This document shows, piece after piece, positions 48,951 through 59,835 of a DNA stretch of 64,000 bases (positions are counted from its first letter, which is position 1; each line of letters starts with the position of its first letter). Source of the stretch: a virus; the IMG/VR virus record IMGVR_UViG_3300021093_003900, positions 51,057-115,056 of that record; one strand, given 5' to 3'. Made by a program: the position numbers and the translations under genes. The notes below the pieces were generated by a model. It was given only the letters and a program-made list of their open reading frames with translations, was not told the DNA's origin and did not search any database.

Positions 48951-51900
48951 TATTCCTAAAACCAATGAAGATGTTTTTGTAGTACAAAGTTATGATAACA
49001 TCATTCTAGTTGATCCCAACAAAGTAGTAAATCCAAATGGACAAGTAAGTGAAAGGGGGATTAATCAAGAAGATTTTGTAATGTATGCAAATCTTGAAGC
49101 ACAACTTTTACCACGAACAAAATTAATACAAGGGGTTTCACAAGATGATGGTATTGAAGCTATACAAAATCAAACACTAGCATCGATTAATTTTATGAAA
49201 CCGGGAGGTAAAACTTTTTTAGACAATACATACACAGATCAAATTACTGGATTTAATACCCTGACTAGTCAAGGTATCAATCAACCAAATATCGAAAACT
49301 TACAAAAAACCAATAAATCTAAAGATTTTTTTCTTTCTCAAAATACATTAAATAAACAAGATACTGGACTTTTGGGTATCGAAAGTATTTCAATCAAAAA
49401 TACAAGATCGTTTACACCAATGGTTGATATTACATTAATTGATATACAAGGTAGGGCTTTATTCGAAAAAGGAGAACAATCAGAGTACGCATTTTTTTTT
49501 AACTTACCTTACCCTACTTTTTACTTAACAATCAAAGGGTATTACGGTAAAGCAATCAAATATCAACTTATTCTCACAAAGTTTAATGCGGCATTCGAAG
49601 CTGCTTCAGGGAACTATAGAATCGATCTGCAATTTTATTCTTACAAATATACAGTACTAGCTGAGACTCAATTAGGTGCTTTGTTTGCAACACCATTTAT
49701 GTATACAAGTGAGTTTAAATTTACAACACCACAATCTCCAGCTATTGCCGCAGCTCAGGTTTCTGTTGGCGATGACAAAAAAACAGTCATCAATAAACAA
49801 ACAACTAGAGGTCGTCAATATATTGCCAACGTATACAAAAAATATAAAGCACTTGGATTATTAGCACCAGATTTCCCTGAAATCACATTCCCAGAATTTA
49901 GAGCACAAATACAAGCGTTACAAAAAAACTTAGAGCAGACATTCGGACAGTCTGATTTCACACCATTAACAAACGCTGACGATTATTTTGAGATACTTCA
50001 AAGTTTTAGATCGTCTATCACAGACAGAACATCAAATTCAAGTTGGTTTAATAAATTTATTGATATTGATAAAGTTTTTATTCTTCAAGAAACAAATAAT
50101 AAACCCTTGACCGAGGTTTGGATTTTGAATCAAAAGACAAGATCCAATAGTCAACTTATTGAAAATGCTTTAAGTGAATTAGAAAAAATTGTTACACGAT
50201 ACAAAAATGACTTACAAAAAAATCCTACATTTGGTGAGAATGGTAATTTCGAAATAGAGAAATTGAAATATACAAGTCAAATAAAAACGATTGAACAGAT
50301 CAATGCGAATAAAAGTAAAGACAGAGCTAGTGTTGAACCAAATAGTTTTGTAAATGTCATTTCTTCTGAAAACATCGATTGGATAGCCACTTTTAAAAAA
50401 CGATATAATAGAGAACCCATTGCGGAGGATGAGTGGATAACTCTAAAAAATACAGAATCTCAATTATTTGGAACTATTCTTGATGAAACGTTGAAAGGAC
50501 AAACGTTTCCATCTTACACGTTTGTTTTTTCTGATAATGTCGGACAATTTGAAGAAATTATTGATAAGACGTTCGAAGAATTAGGAAAACAAAAATCAAT
50601 TATAATTAACAAATTATCAACGTTCTTAAATAAAAAAATAGAAGGCCCAAATGGTTTGGGGTTTAGACCAACCATGAGAAATGTGATGGGTATTATTTTT
50701 GCATCTGTCGAAGCTTTTTATAGATTATTAAATCAAGTACACAGAGAAGCTTGGGCACAAAGAAATAATCCAACAAAACGACTAGCTTGTTATGGACAGG
50801 GTGATGAAAAAATAAATCCTGATAATAAAGAAAATGTGAACGATTATGTTTACCCGTGGCCGTTATACTTGACAAAACAAGTCGAAAAAGATGGAAAACA
50901 AAATTTTGTTGTTATGTATCCTGGCGAACAATCTGAACTTGCAAAAACAAAAGCATCAGATTACCAAATATGGCCCGAGGTACAATTCGTCGAAGAATAT
51001 ATGAGAGGATTATCTCAAAGTAATCAAAGCAATGCCGAACAATCTGGAACTTTTAGTGATAATGATATTGGACGATTAATTAACAGGATTTCAGTAAACG
51101 CTGTAGACTTTCCAACTAGTAATGCGATTTTAAGTGATCTACAAGATGTTAAATTTCTTTATGAAATTTACGAAAGGATCTTACTTCAAACTTTTTGGGA
51201 TAGACTATCAAGACCAAACGCAGAAAAGATCGGGGTTGTAGATAATCTTTCCGAAATGGAAATGATCAACGTTAGGAATGCTTTGAATTCGTTTTCAAAT
51301 CCGATAATTACAAAACTATTGAAAAATACAGCCTTCAGTTCAACAAACTATTTACAAGTATTAAGAAATATATCAAATGAAGGTGTTGGTATTTCTTGGC
51401 AACAATTTATTAGAGGTATTTTTACATCTGACTATTTGAGAATAAAAACTCAAAAAGATTTTTCAATATTACCAGTATCAACAATTAATTCTGGAGTACA
51501 AAATTCTAGTAAAGATACAAGTATTTTAAAAAATGTTGGTGAATTTGTAAAAAATACATCTTCAAGCGAAACTGATTTATTGGATTTATATCCATTCGTG
51601 TATAATACTTGGTCACAACAAAATCTATCAAATGTTGTTAGTAATTCTTCATTTTATAGTACAACTAAAAGTTTATACCTCAATTCGGTAACAAACTATA
51701 TTACAAACTTTGAAAACATAGCTAACGCAAATACCAATAGTAATAGACCATTTGTTAACAATTCATATTTGTATTTTACTGAACCAAGGATTATTATTAC
51801 AAATAATCAACAACAAATTGGCTCAAATGCGTTTTTAGATTTTAATAGTTTTTATACAGAAAAAAGAATAACATCGAAATATTTGATAACTGAAGGGTCA

Positions 51901-54900
51901 TTAAGTTATAATGGAAATACTGGAAATCTAACCCCAAACCAAACTGTATCGGTACTAAACACACCATATTTTACAAACGCATTTGTTGAGGGTGTACAAA
52001 ACGATAGAAATGATGTCCCATATCCTTATTTAAAAACAGCATATCTGTTTTTGAATAGTTTACCTTTGTCTACTTTAAGAGAACCTATGAAGGATATCAA
52101 TCCAACCGACAATACACTCAACACCTCCAAAGATTATTTGTTTGCAACACTTACAAAATTCGGAGCAATTCATAGATTACCATATGCTTGGATTTTAAAA
52201 TATGGGTCGATTTGGCATCGATACAAAAAGTTTGTTGAAACAGGCGAAGATATCTTAGATTCCGTTTGGAAAAACGTAAATGTTGGTGAATTGTATTATC
52301 CACCAACTAGTGCTTTGACACATCAATACGTCACGAAAGATATTAATAAAAATAACATAACACTTTATGGTGAGATAGATCTTTTGAGTCCAGGATCTGT
52401 TGAATCAATATACAAAAAATATGTTGGATTTTATCCTTCTTTAATCAATGATGTTTTATTTTTTTACACAGGGTTAGATTACTTAACAGGATACACAAAT
52501 AATGATATAGACAACTTGGTTTCAGAGGGTTTAAATATTGGTGCAACAAATGCCTCTATGAGAGAACCAATGGGTTTTGATGTTAATTTTGCCAATCGAT
52601 ATGCCTCATTGGATTTCCAAGGATGGTTTTCAACTTTTGATATAAGTGGATCAACAAAATTTAACATCAACGCTCGAAACAAAACAATTATTTTACCAAG
52701 TTTTGGAACGAATTATAATCAAGTTCAATATGAATGCTTCAATTTTGGAACAAGATTGATTATGAATCAATCTATTTTTGGTAACAGTGCGGTTAATGAT
52801 GGGTCAATTAGATTTTTTTGGGGGGCATCAAACTTTGGATATTTCGATAATAGTAGTATCACTAAACCAAAGTACGACGAATACTTTAACTTTTTACAAC
52901 CAAATAGGAATAACAATGATTCGTTTATATTATCTGATATGTATTCAAACATTGAAGAAATTTTCGGGGTCTTTAAAACCGAAATACTAGATGAGTTCGA
53001 AAAAGAATTTTTAAATTTTTCAAGATCGAAAAGAGAAGTTACAAGTCAAGAGCTCTTGAATAACGACTTCGCAAATCGAACGTTCCAACAAGTTTTTGCA
53101 AATTGTATGCTGGTTGATCAAGTAATCAAAACAGATGTTACACAATCAAATTATGTAAACGCATGTGTAAATAAACAAGGAAAATCAATGACTGAAGCAA
53201 TACAAGATTTTTTAAATTATAATATTGCTTTTAGATATGGTAATCCTAGTAATTTTGATCGTAAATTATTTGGTAGTGTGACAACAGATAATCGATATCG
53301 AGTTTTTGATGGTTATGTTTTTAGTCCGTACATAAGAGGTACATTACCAGGTGACGGATCTGGAATTCCATTATTACTATCAGAAACAAATAATATCCAA
53401 GCTTGGACAACACTAAAAACATATGTCGGGTTTGCTTCGGTAGATGGTATGAGATATACTGATAATGGAAGTTATATTACCGACTTCTTCATTAGCATGA
53501 ACATTGGGTTTACACCTGAAAATATTCAAATTGTAGCACCACTCGTGAAAATATTTGCAACACAAAAATTGTTGAACGATGGAAATTACGATCAAAGAAA
53601 TTTTGTTTCAGACATTAATGACTATTTTATAGACAAAAATGATTTTTTGAATTTAACTTTGAATTCTCTTTTCAATAAACTTCAAAAACAATTACCACAA
53701 GTAGAAGAAACAACAACAAAACCACTATTATCAACAATTAATGGAGTTCAACCTAAAATTGAACTGTACCAAGCTTTCAAGTCATTTAATGATAAATGGA
53801 TTGCTGGTTCTAATTTTGACGAAAAAACTATTTTTGAAGAAGTATTATTTTTAGATAGAGCTAATCGTGATATCGGCGATGTGCTTATCGATGTTCAAAA
53901 ATTAAATGAAATTTTCCAAAGTTATGCTAGTTTAGATGTCAGGGTTATAGATTTTGTTAGTAAAATTTTGGTAGACAATAAATTCTTTATGATGCCGATG
54001 CCAGCATATATCAATTGGTGGGGAGATGGGGAAGTGAGCAATGGTATAGAACCAAAATCTCAAAGTGTTGAAGATATTGCAAATAACCTATTTGGAATTT
54101 TCAAAAACGTAGATACTCGATATTCCAAACCTGCGTTTTTATGTTATTACGTTGGAAATCCAAGTGAACACCTTGATTTAAGAGAAAACACCAACTACGG
54201 TTGGAGAACAGATAGTTTTGATTTTGGAATTGCATCGCAAAATACATTAGCAACATCAAGTGTGAACCAAACTAATTGGGCAAATACCAACAGGGTTGTT
54301 GGATTCAATGTTGATTTCGGTACACGTAACCAGGGTATATTTAGTTCTGTCAATATGGAACAAACTTTGGGTGCGTCAACAACTGAAGCAAATAAATTAA
54401 TAACAGAGGCAGTATTACAGGCGGGTGGAACAAGATCAAGTTTGGGTAGTGTAAGTTTATACAATATCTATAAAAGTAGAAGTTATAGCGTAAGAATTGA
54501 AGCAATGGGTTGTGCACTTATTCAACCAACAATGTACTTTAATTTAAAACATGTTCCTATGTTCCGTGGTTCATACCAAATACAGTCAGTCGAACATAAG
54601 ATTGAAGCTGGATCGTTTAAAACATATTTCGAGGGGGTTAGAATACCAATTTATTCAATGGCAAAATTGGATGAACAACTTATATCTGTAAATAATAATT
54701 TATTGAGTGAATTGATACAACAAATAAGACGTGGAAAACAAACAAGTTTAATTTCTTCAAAAGCTACAACAAACAACATTAGTATAGGTAACTCTATACA
54801 AACAGATATTAGATATAAACCTGTACAACCTATATTTTGTGATTCTGCGATAAGATCCTCTGAGGCGCCATATAATACATGGGATGGTGTTGAAGGATTT

Positions 54901-55455
54901 ACAACAGGTATCACATATGCAAACTTCTCAACTATATTGAAACAAAAAACTACAGACCCAAGAGTAAGAGCAATGGTATTTTACACAGCATATTTGAATG
55001 GTCATGATGATAATCAATTCAATACATTCAATTATGATTTGGGTGGAACTCCATTGGGGGGATTTCCAATATCAAAAATAAATTACGGAGGTTTAAATAA
55101 TTATATGTTGAATGTTTATACTTGTAAAGAATCTCCCGACGGTAAAAGGGTTCCCTACGCAACGTTTTCTAGTTTTGAAAAATCAATAGAATTTATTAAA
55201 AACTTATATTTCACTACAAACACAAATAATTTACTTCTCGCGGACAACAATATAGGATATAACAATAGGTGGGAAACGGAGGCTGACTTTATAACACATA
55301 TGCTCACATTATGGTCTTACTATTGGCCACAAAAAAGATTCAAAACACCAGAGGACTTTAAAAAATGGAAGGAATTAAATAAAAATTCGACCACTAAATT
55401 CTTAACAATCGGAGAAGAGGTTTATAAAAAACTTAAAGAATTCAATTTGATTTAA
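48940..55455 (+). CDS. very large baseplate hub-like structural protein
   Basis: 2171-aa ORF; N-terminal LGIESI.I...D..GRALF, C-terminal G.A.IQP.MYF.L..VPMF.G.Y.I..V.H (hub/gpD-like pattern). Confidence 0.6.
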   Translation: MAGNIPKTNEDVFVVQSYDNIILVDPNKVVNPNGQVSERGINQEDFVMYANLEAQLLPRTKLIQGVSQDDGIEAIQNQTLASINFMKPGGKTFLDNTYTDQITGFNTLTSQGINQPNIENLQKTNKSKDFFLSQNTLNKQDTGLLGIESISIKNTRSFTPMVDITLIDIQGRALFEKGEQSEYAFFFNLPYPTFYLTIKGYYGKAIKYQLILTKFNAAFEAASGNYRIDLQFYSYKYTVLAETQLGALFATPFMYTSEFKFTTPQSPAIAAAQVSVGDDKKTVINKQTTRGRQYIANVYKKYKALGLLAPDFPEITFPEFRAQIQALQKNLEQTFGQSDFTPLTNADDYFEILQSFRSSITDRTSNSSWFNKFIDIDKVFILQETNNKPLTEVWILNQKTRSNSQLIENALSELEKIVTRYKNDLQKNPTFGENGNFEIEKLKYTSQIKTIEQINANKSKDRASVEPNSFVNVISSENIDWIATFKKRYNREPIAEDEWITLKNTESQLFGTILDETLKGQTFPSYTFVFSDNVGQFEEIIDKTFEELGKQKSIIINKLSTFLNKKIEGPNGLGFRPTMRNVMGIIFASVEAFYRLLNQVHREAWAQRNNPTKRLACYGQGDEKINPDNKENVNDYVYPWPLYLTKQVEKDGKQNFVVMYPGEQSELAKTKASDYQIWPEVQFVEEYMRGLSQSNQSNAEQSGTFSDNDIGRLINRISVNAVDFPTSNAILSDLQDVKFLYEIYERILLQTFWDRLSRPNAEKIGVVDNLSEMEMINVRNALNSFSNPIITKLLKNTAFSSTNYLQVLRNISNEGVGISWQQFIRGIFTSDYLRIKTQKDFSILPVSTINSGVQNSSKDTSILKNVGEFVKNTSSSETDLLDLYPFVYNTWSQQNLSNVVSNSSFYSTTKSLYLNSVTNYITNFENIANANTNSNRPFVNNSYLYFTEPRIIITNNQQQIGSNAFLDFNSFYTEKRITSKYLITEGSLSYNGNTGNLTPNQTVSVLNTPYFTNAFVEGVQNDRNDVPYPYLKTAYLFLNSLPLSTLREPMKDINPTDNTLNTSKDYLFATLTKFGAIHRLPYAWILKYGSIWHRYKKFVETGEDILDSVWKNVNVGELYYPPTSALTHQYVTKDINKNNITLYGEIDLLSPGSVESIYKKYVGFYPSLINDVLFFYTGLDYLTGYTNNDIDNLVSEGLNIGATNASMREPMGFDVNFANRYASLDFQGWFSTFDISGSTKFNINARNKTIILPSFGTNYNQVQYECFNFGTRLIMNQSIFGNSAVNDGSIRFFWGASNFGYFDNSSITKPKYDEYFNFLQPNRNNNDSFILSDMYSNIEEIFGVFKTEILDEFEKEFLNFSRSKREVTSQELLNNDFANRTFQQVFANCMLVDQVIKTDVTQSNYVNACVNKQGKSMTEAIQDFLNYNIAFRYGNPSNFDRKLFGSVTTDNRYRVFDGYVFSPYIRGTLPGDGSGIPLLLSETNNIQAWTTLKTYVGFASVDGMRYTDNGSYITDFFISMNIGFTPENIQIVAPLVKIFATQKLLNDGNYDQRNFVSDINDYFIDKNDFLNLTLNSLFNKLQKQLPQVEETTTKPLLSTINGVQPKIELYQAFKSFNDKWIAGSNFDEKTIFEEVLFLDRANRDIGDVLIDVQKLNEIFQSYASLDVRVIDFVSKILVDNKFFMMPMPAYINWWGDGEVSNGIEPKSQSVEDIANNLFGIFKNVDTRYSKPAFLCYYVGNPSEHLDLRENTNYGWRTDSFDFGIASQNTLATSSVNQTNWANTNRVVGFNVDFGTRNQGIFSSVNMEQTLGASTTEANKLITEAVLQAGGTRSSLGSVSLYNIYKSRSYSVRIEAMGCALIQPTMYFNLKHVPMFRGSYQIQSVEHKIEAGSFKTYFEGVRIPIYSMAKLDEQLISVNNNLLSELIQQIRRGKQTSLISSKATTNNISIGNSIQTDIRYKPVQPIFCDSAIRSSEAPYNTWDGVEGFTTGITYANFSTILKQKTTDPRVRAMVFYTAYLNGHDDNQFNTFNYDLGGTPLGGFPISKINYGGLNNYMLNVYTCKESPDGKRVPYATFSSFEKSIEFIKNLYFTTNTNNLLLADNNIGYNNRWETEADFITHMLTLWSYYWPQKRFKTPEDFKKWKELNKNSTTKFLTIGEEVYKKLKEFNLI

Positions 55456-55488
55456 TTGAACTATCGTATATTTATAATGAAAAAAATT

Positions 55489-55713
55489 ATGGAACTACAA
55501 AATATTTTGGACAACTATTTGGGCAAAAGAACACGATACACCCAAAAACAAGTTGGTAATGGTTTTAGTGAAGTTTGTGACTTGGACACTGGAGACTGTT
55601 ATACTGTAAGAGAAAGAGATGGGTTAATTGAAAGAGTAGATAATACTATGAGAACAAATAGAAAAATTCAAGTTGAAACATCTCATGGAATAAAACAATT
55701 ACTAAATGGATAA
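55489..55713 (+). CDS. hypothetical protein
   Basis: Start likely MELQN downstream of TATTTAT 55469-55475. Confidence 0.65.
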   Translation: MELQNILDNYLGKRTRYTQKQVGNGFSEVCDLDTGDCYTVRERDGLIERVDNTMRTNRKIQVETSHGIKQLLNG

Positions 55714-55716
55714 AAC

Positions 55717-56427
55717 ATGTCTATAGATAAAAAAATAATTCAAGAAATTAAACGTCACTACCAAATCAACAAATATGTGACGGAACAAGAGGCACCACCA
55801 CCTTTACCTGGAGCACCAATGGATCCAAATGCTATGGGACAAGCACCACTACTTGGAGCACCAATGGATCCAAATGCTATGGGACAAGCACCATTACCTG
55901 GAGCACCAATGGATCCTACCTTACCACAAGAACCACCAACCCCAGAAGTCATTGATGTTGCTCAAGATGCTGAAGTTGAAAAAATCGGATCTGATGGCAA
56001 AAATATGGAAACAGAGTCAGGTTCAGAAGAACTTGATATAACGGATCTTGTTAATGCACAAAAAGGAATTGAAACCAAACAAGAAGAATATTTTGATAAG
56101 ATGTTCAAACAATTGGACACACTCCAATCTAAAGTTGGTGAAATGGATCAACTTATCGACAAAATTAATTCATTGGAAATGAAAGTTGAGAAATACAGAC
56201 CAAAAACCGCCCAAGAAAAATTAGAGTTAAGAAGTCTAGACTCTGGCCCGTTTAATCAAAAACTTACAGACTTTTTCGATGAGAAAGAAGAAGATCTCGA
56301 AAAGTCTGGAAAAAATGAATACATTTTAACTTCTGATGAGGTTGAGAATATTGTACCGTCGGATGTAAAGAAAAGTTTTGACATTACATTACCACCACCA
56401 CCCTCTAATTTCAAATCCTATTATTGA
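55717..56427 (+). CDS. hypothetical acidic coiled-coil protein with Pro-rich repeat (possible scaffold/internal protein)
   Basis: 236-aa ORF; GAPMDPNAMGQAPLP repeats; heptad region. Confidence 0.7.
   Translation: MSIDKKIIQEIKRHYQINKYVTEQEAPPPLPGAPMDPNAMGQAPLLGAPMDPNAMGQAPLPGAPMDPTLPQEPPTPEVIDVAQDAEVEKIGSDGKNMETESGSEELDITDLVNAQKGIETKQEEYFDKMFKQLDTLQSKVGEMDQLIDKINSLEMKVEKYRPKTAQEKLELRSLDSGPFNQKLTDFFDEKEEDLEKSGKNEYILTSDEVENIVPSDVKKSFDITLPPPPSNFKSYY
55804..55916. repeat. 45-bp coding tandem repeat, about 2.5 copies
   Basis: TGGAGCACCAATGGATCC at 55809, 55854, 55899. Confidence 0.95.
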
Positions 56428-56451
56428 TTTTTTGAAATACTTGTTTATATT

Positions 56452-56477
56452 AAAAGGGTCATAAAGACCCTTTTTTT
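56452..56477 (+). terminator. rho-independent terminator ending the structural module
   Basis: AAAAGGGTC-ATAAA-GACCCTTTT followed by a T run. Confidence 0.75.
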
Positions 56478-56516
56478 ATTTTATATTTTTAACCAACTTA
56501 AATTTTTACAAACAAC

Positions 56517-57347
56517 ATGATGAGTTCATTAGACGCCGTATTGGCACAGTACGAGAAAAACCAATCAGGTGATGGTTTATCTCAAGAGGAAAAAATGAAG
56601 AAATACTTCGCTTGCATCCTCCCACAAAATTCGTCCACAGGACAAAAACGAGTTAGGATTCTTCCTACAACAGATGGATCTTCACCATTCAAAGAAGTAT
56701 ACTATCACGAACTACAAGTCGGTGGTAAATGGGTCAAACTTTTTGACCCAGGAAAAAACGACAACGAAAGATCTCCGTTGAATGAACTCTATGAAGAGTT
56801 GAGAGCTACAGGCAAAGAATCTGATAAAGAGTTAGCAAAACAATATAACTCTAGGAAGTTTTATATCGTGAAGGTGATTGATCGTGATGCTGAAGAAGAA
56901 GGTGTAAAGTTCTGGAGGTTCAAACACAATTACAAAAACGATGGTATTCTGGATAAAATTATTCCAATCTGGAGACAGAAGGGTGATATTACAGATCCAA
57001 AAAAAGGTCGTGATTTGATTATTGAAATGAGAAAAGAAAAATCTAACACTGGTAAAGAATACACCGCAATTCAAACCATTATGCACGACGATCCAAGTTC
57101 CCTACACAGTGATGCTAAAATTCAAAAAGAGTGGTTGGCGGATGAATTGACTTGGGGTGATGTGTACTCCAAAAAACCAATTGAGTATCTTGAAGCTATT
57201 TCTAGAGGTGAAACACCAAAGTGGGATCCCAATCAAAATAAGTATGTATATGGTAACTCGACCGAAGCGGAAACTTCAATGGGAGGAGCACCAGCATACG
57301 AAGACCCTCAAGTTAACGCAGAACCAGACGAAGATCTACCTTTCTAA
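56517..57347 (+). CDS. single-stranded DNA-binding protein (T4 gp32-like)
   Basis: RILP, PF.E...H, VIDR, DITDP..GRD, acidic DEDLPF tail. Confidence 0.82.
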   Translation: MMSSLDAVLAQYEKNQSGDGLSQEEKMKKYFACILPQNSSTGQKRVRILPTTDGSSPFKEVYYHELQVGGKWVKLFDPGKNDNERSPLNELYEELRATGKESDKELAKQYNSRKFYIVKVIDRDAEEEGVKFWRFKHNYKNDGILDKIIPIWRQKGDITDPKKGRDLIIEMRKEKSNTGKEYTAIQTIMHDDPSSLHSDAKIQKEWLADELTWGDVYSKKPIEYLEAISRGETPKWDPNQNKYVYGNSTEAETSMGGAPAYEDPQVNAEPDEDLPF

Positions 57348-57354
57348 AAAACAA

Positions 57355-57801
57355 ATGTCAAAGATATACATTGCATCAGACCACGCGGGTGTTGATTTAA
57401 AAGCACTCCTTGTGAATAGAATACAATCGAATGGTTTAGTTGTCGAGGATCTTGGCCCCGACACCTATGAAGCGGTCGATTACCCAGATTATGCACACAA
57501 GGTAAGTAAAAAAATCTCAAATGAACCCGATAACATCGGTATTCTACTGTGCGGATCTGGTAATGGCACATCAATTACATCCAACAAATGGAAAAATGTA
57601 CGGGCGGCAATTTGTTGGAACTCAGAGATAGCGACCTTGGCAAGGTTACATAATAACGCAAATGTTTTATGTATACCTTCCAGGTTCGTCTCTGCAGAAG
57701 ATGCAATAGACATCTTAGATTATTTCTTAGAAACCAAGTTCGAAGGCGGAAGACACGAACGTAGGATCAACAAAATTCATATTCCAACACATTTAATTTA
57801 A
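57355..57801 (+). CDS. rpiB: ribose-5-phosphate isomerase B
   Basis: IASDHAG, DYPD, CGSGNG, NK...RAA, ARLHNNANVL, FEGGRHERR; start reassigned to MSKIY. Confidence 0.93.
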   Translation: MSKIYIASDHAGVDLKALLVNRIQSNGLVVEDLGPDTYEAVDYPDYAHKVSKKISNEPDNIGILLCGSGNGTSITSNKWKNVRAAICWNSEIATLARLHNNANVLCIPSRFVSAEDAIDILDYFLETKFEGGRHERRINKIHIPTHLI

Positions 57802-57805
57802 TTTT

Positions 57806-58822
57806 ATGGCAATTAAGAAAAAAGATTTTTCTGATATTAAGAAAAAATTTTCAACATCAGCAAAATACAAACAACAAGAATATTTCGATTTAGGTCGTGA
57901 GTTCTTAGATGCTGTGGGACTTCCTGGTCCTGCGATCGGACATATTAATATGTTTTTAGGACACTCAGATACGGGTAAAACAACAGCATTGATCAAGTCA
58001 GCAATTGACGCGCAGAAAAGAAATGTTTTACCTGTCTTCATTATCACTGAACAAAAATGGGATTTTGGACATGCTAAAATGATGGGTTTTGAATGTGAAG
58101 AAGTTGTGGATGAATCAACGGGTGAAATAGACTGGGGAGGATTTTTCCTATTCAATAATAACTTTCAATACATTGAACAGATCACCGATTACATTAATGA
58201 ATTACTTGATGCACAAGAAAAGGGTGAGATTGATTACGATCTAGTTTTTCTTTGGGATAGTGTCGGTTCTGTACCTTGTAAAATGACATTTGACGGTAAA
58301 GGTGGTAAACAACATAATGCATCCGTTCTTTCAGATAAGATTGGTATGGGTATTAACCAAAGAATCTCAGGATCTAGAAAAGCCGAATCCAAGTTTCAAA
58401 ATACTCTATTGATTGTTGCTCAACCTTGGGTAGAACTTCCCGACAATCCATTTGGTCAACCTAAAATTAAAAGTAAAGGTGGTGAATCCATTTGGTTAAA
58501 TTCCTCGATTGTGTTTCTATTTGGAAACCAAAAAGGTGCTGGTACTACCAAGATTACAGCCACAAAAGACAAAAGAACAGTGAAGTTTGCGTCTAGAACC
58601 AAAATTTCTGTTTTGAAAAATCATATCAATGGATTGGGATATGAAGATGGAAAAATTATTGTGACACCTCATGGGTTTATTTCAGGAAAAGATACAGCAG
58701 AAGAAAAAACATCGGTTGAGAAATACAAAAAAGAATATGCTGATTATTGGAAAGAAATTCTAGGTTTAGATGGTGAGTTTACACTCAAGGAAGAAACAGA
58801 AGTTGAACATGAACAAGAGTGA
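57806..58822 (+). CDS. RecA/UvsX-like recombinase
   Basis: GHSDTGKTT, TEQK, WDSVGS, Q, KGG, KNH. Confidence 0.88.
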   Translation: MAIKKKDFSDIKKKFSTSAKYKQQEYFDLGREFLDAVGLPGPAIGHINMFLGHSDTGKTTALIKSAIDAQKRNVLPVFIITEQKWDFGHAKMMGFECEEVVDESTGEIDWGGFFLFNNNFQYIEQITDYINELLDAQEKGEIDYDLVFLWDSVGSVPCKMTFDGKGGKQHNASVLSDKIGMGINQRISGSRKAESKFQNTLLIVAQPWVELPDNPFGQPKIKSKGGESIWLNSSIVFLFGNQKGAGTTKITATKDKRTVKFASRTKISVLKNHINGLGYEDGKIIVTPHGFISGKDTAEEKTSVEKYKKEYADYWKEILGLDGEFTLKEETEVEHEQE

Positions 58823-59826
58823 AAACATTATTGATCGATGGAGATAATTTATTCAATCTCGGATTCTATGGTGTCAGAGAATTTTTTGTCGATGGAAATC
58901 ACATCGGAGGACTTTTCCACTTCATCAACGCAATTCGAAAACAACTGGACGAACACGATTACGACAAAGTCTTCGTGGTCTGGGATGGTGACCATAACTC
59001 ACAACGACGTAGAGAATTATACCCAGACTACAAGTTAAACCGTAAGGAGCGACTCAATGAGTTTCAAAAGGAATCATTCAACATTCAACGAAACAAAGTT
59101 CAAAATTATCTAGAAGAATTTTTTATTCGACAATTAAGGGTGTCGTACAATGAGGGAGATGATTTGATTTCTTATTATTGTCATAGGGCGACCAAAGAAA
59201 CCATTACCATTTTTTCTTCAGATAAAGACCTCCTGCAGCTTTTAAGTCCTCGGGTATGTGTGTACTCACCTATTCATAAAAAGTACTTCTACGAAGACGA
59301 CAAGGTCAAATTAGACCATATTGAAGTTCCACATTGTAATCTATTGGTGGTGAAAATTTTACTCGGAGACAAATCGGATAATGTTTTTGGTATAATGAAC
59401 TTTGGAGAAAAAAAACTTGTAAAATTTTTTCCCGAGGTACTTGAAATCCCGACCTCAATTGACAATATTTTGTCAAAAGCAAAACAAATTTGTGAAACAA
59501 AAAAAGTTATAGGACTTGAAAACTTAATCAATGGAACCTGTAAAAAAGAAACAAGTGGAGAACAATATTTTATCAAAAGAAAATTGATTATGGATTTACA
59601 AGATCCGATGATCACACAAGAAGCAAAAGATCTGGTGGACGAACACATTCGAGAAAACATAGATCCAGAGGGAAGGAGTTATAAGAACGTAATCAGAATG
59701 ATGACCCGAGATGGATTTTTTAAATACATACCAAAATCGGACGAAGGATTTGTTGAGTTCATTCGTCCCTTTATGAAACTAACTCGTAAAGAAAAAAGAA
59801 AATTCAACAGAGAACAAAATAATTAA
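58819..59826 (+). CDS. 5'-3' exonuclease/flap endonuclease (Pol I N-terminal, T4 RNase H-like)
   Basis: LLIDG, WDG, YK.NR, EGDD, SSDKD..QL, GDKSDN. Confidence 0.9.
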   Translation: MKTLLIDGDNLFNLGFYGVREFFVDGNHIGGLFHFINAIRKQLDEHDYDKVFVVWDGDHNSQRRRELYPDYKLNRKERLNEFQKESFNIQRNKVQNYLEEFFIRQLRVSYNEGDDLISYYCHRATKETITIFSSDKDLLQLLSPRVCVYSPIHKKYFYEDDKVKLDHIEVPHCNLLVVKILLGDKSDNVFGIMNFGEKKLVKFFPEVLEIPTSIDNILSKAKQICETKKVIGLENLINGTCKKETSGEQYFIKRKLIMDLQDPMITQEAKDLVDEHIRENIDPEGRSYKNVIRMMTRDGFFKYIPKSDEGFVEFIRPFMKLTRKEKRKFNREQNN

Positions 59827-59835
59827 CAAAAAAAT

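Noticed and set aside
57157-57354. Long N-terminal extension of RpiB in the ORF track
   Set aside because: It overlaps the SSB gene; RpiB homology starts at ATG 57355.
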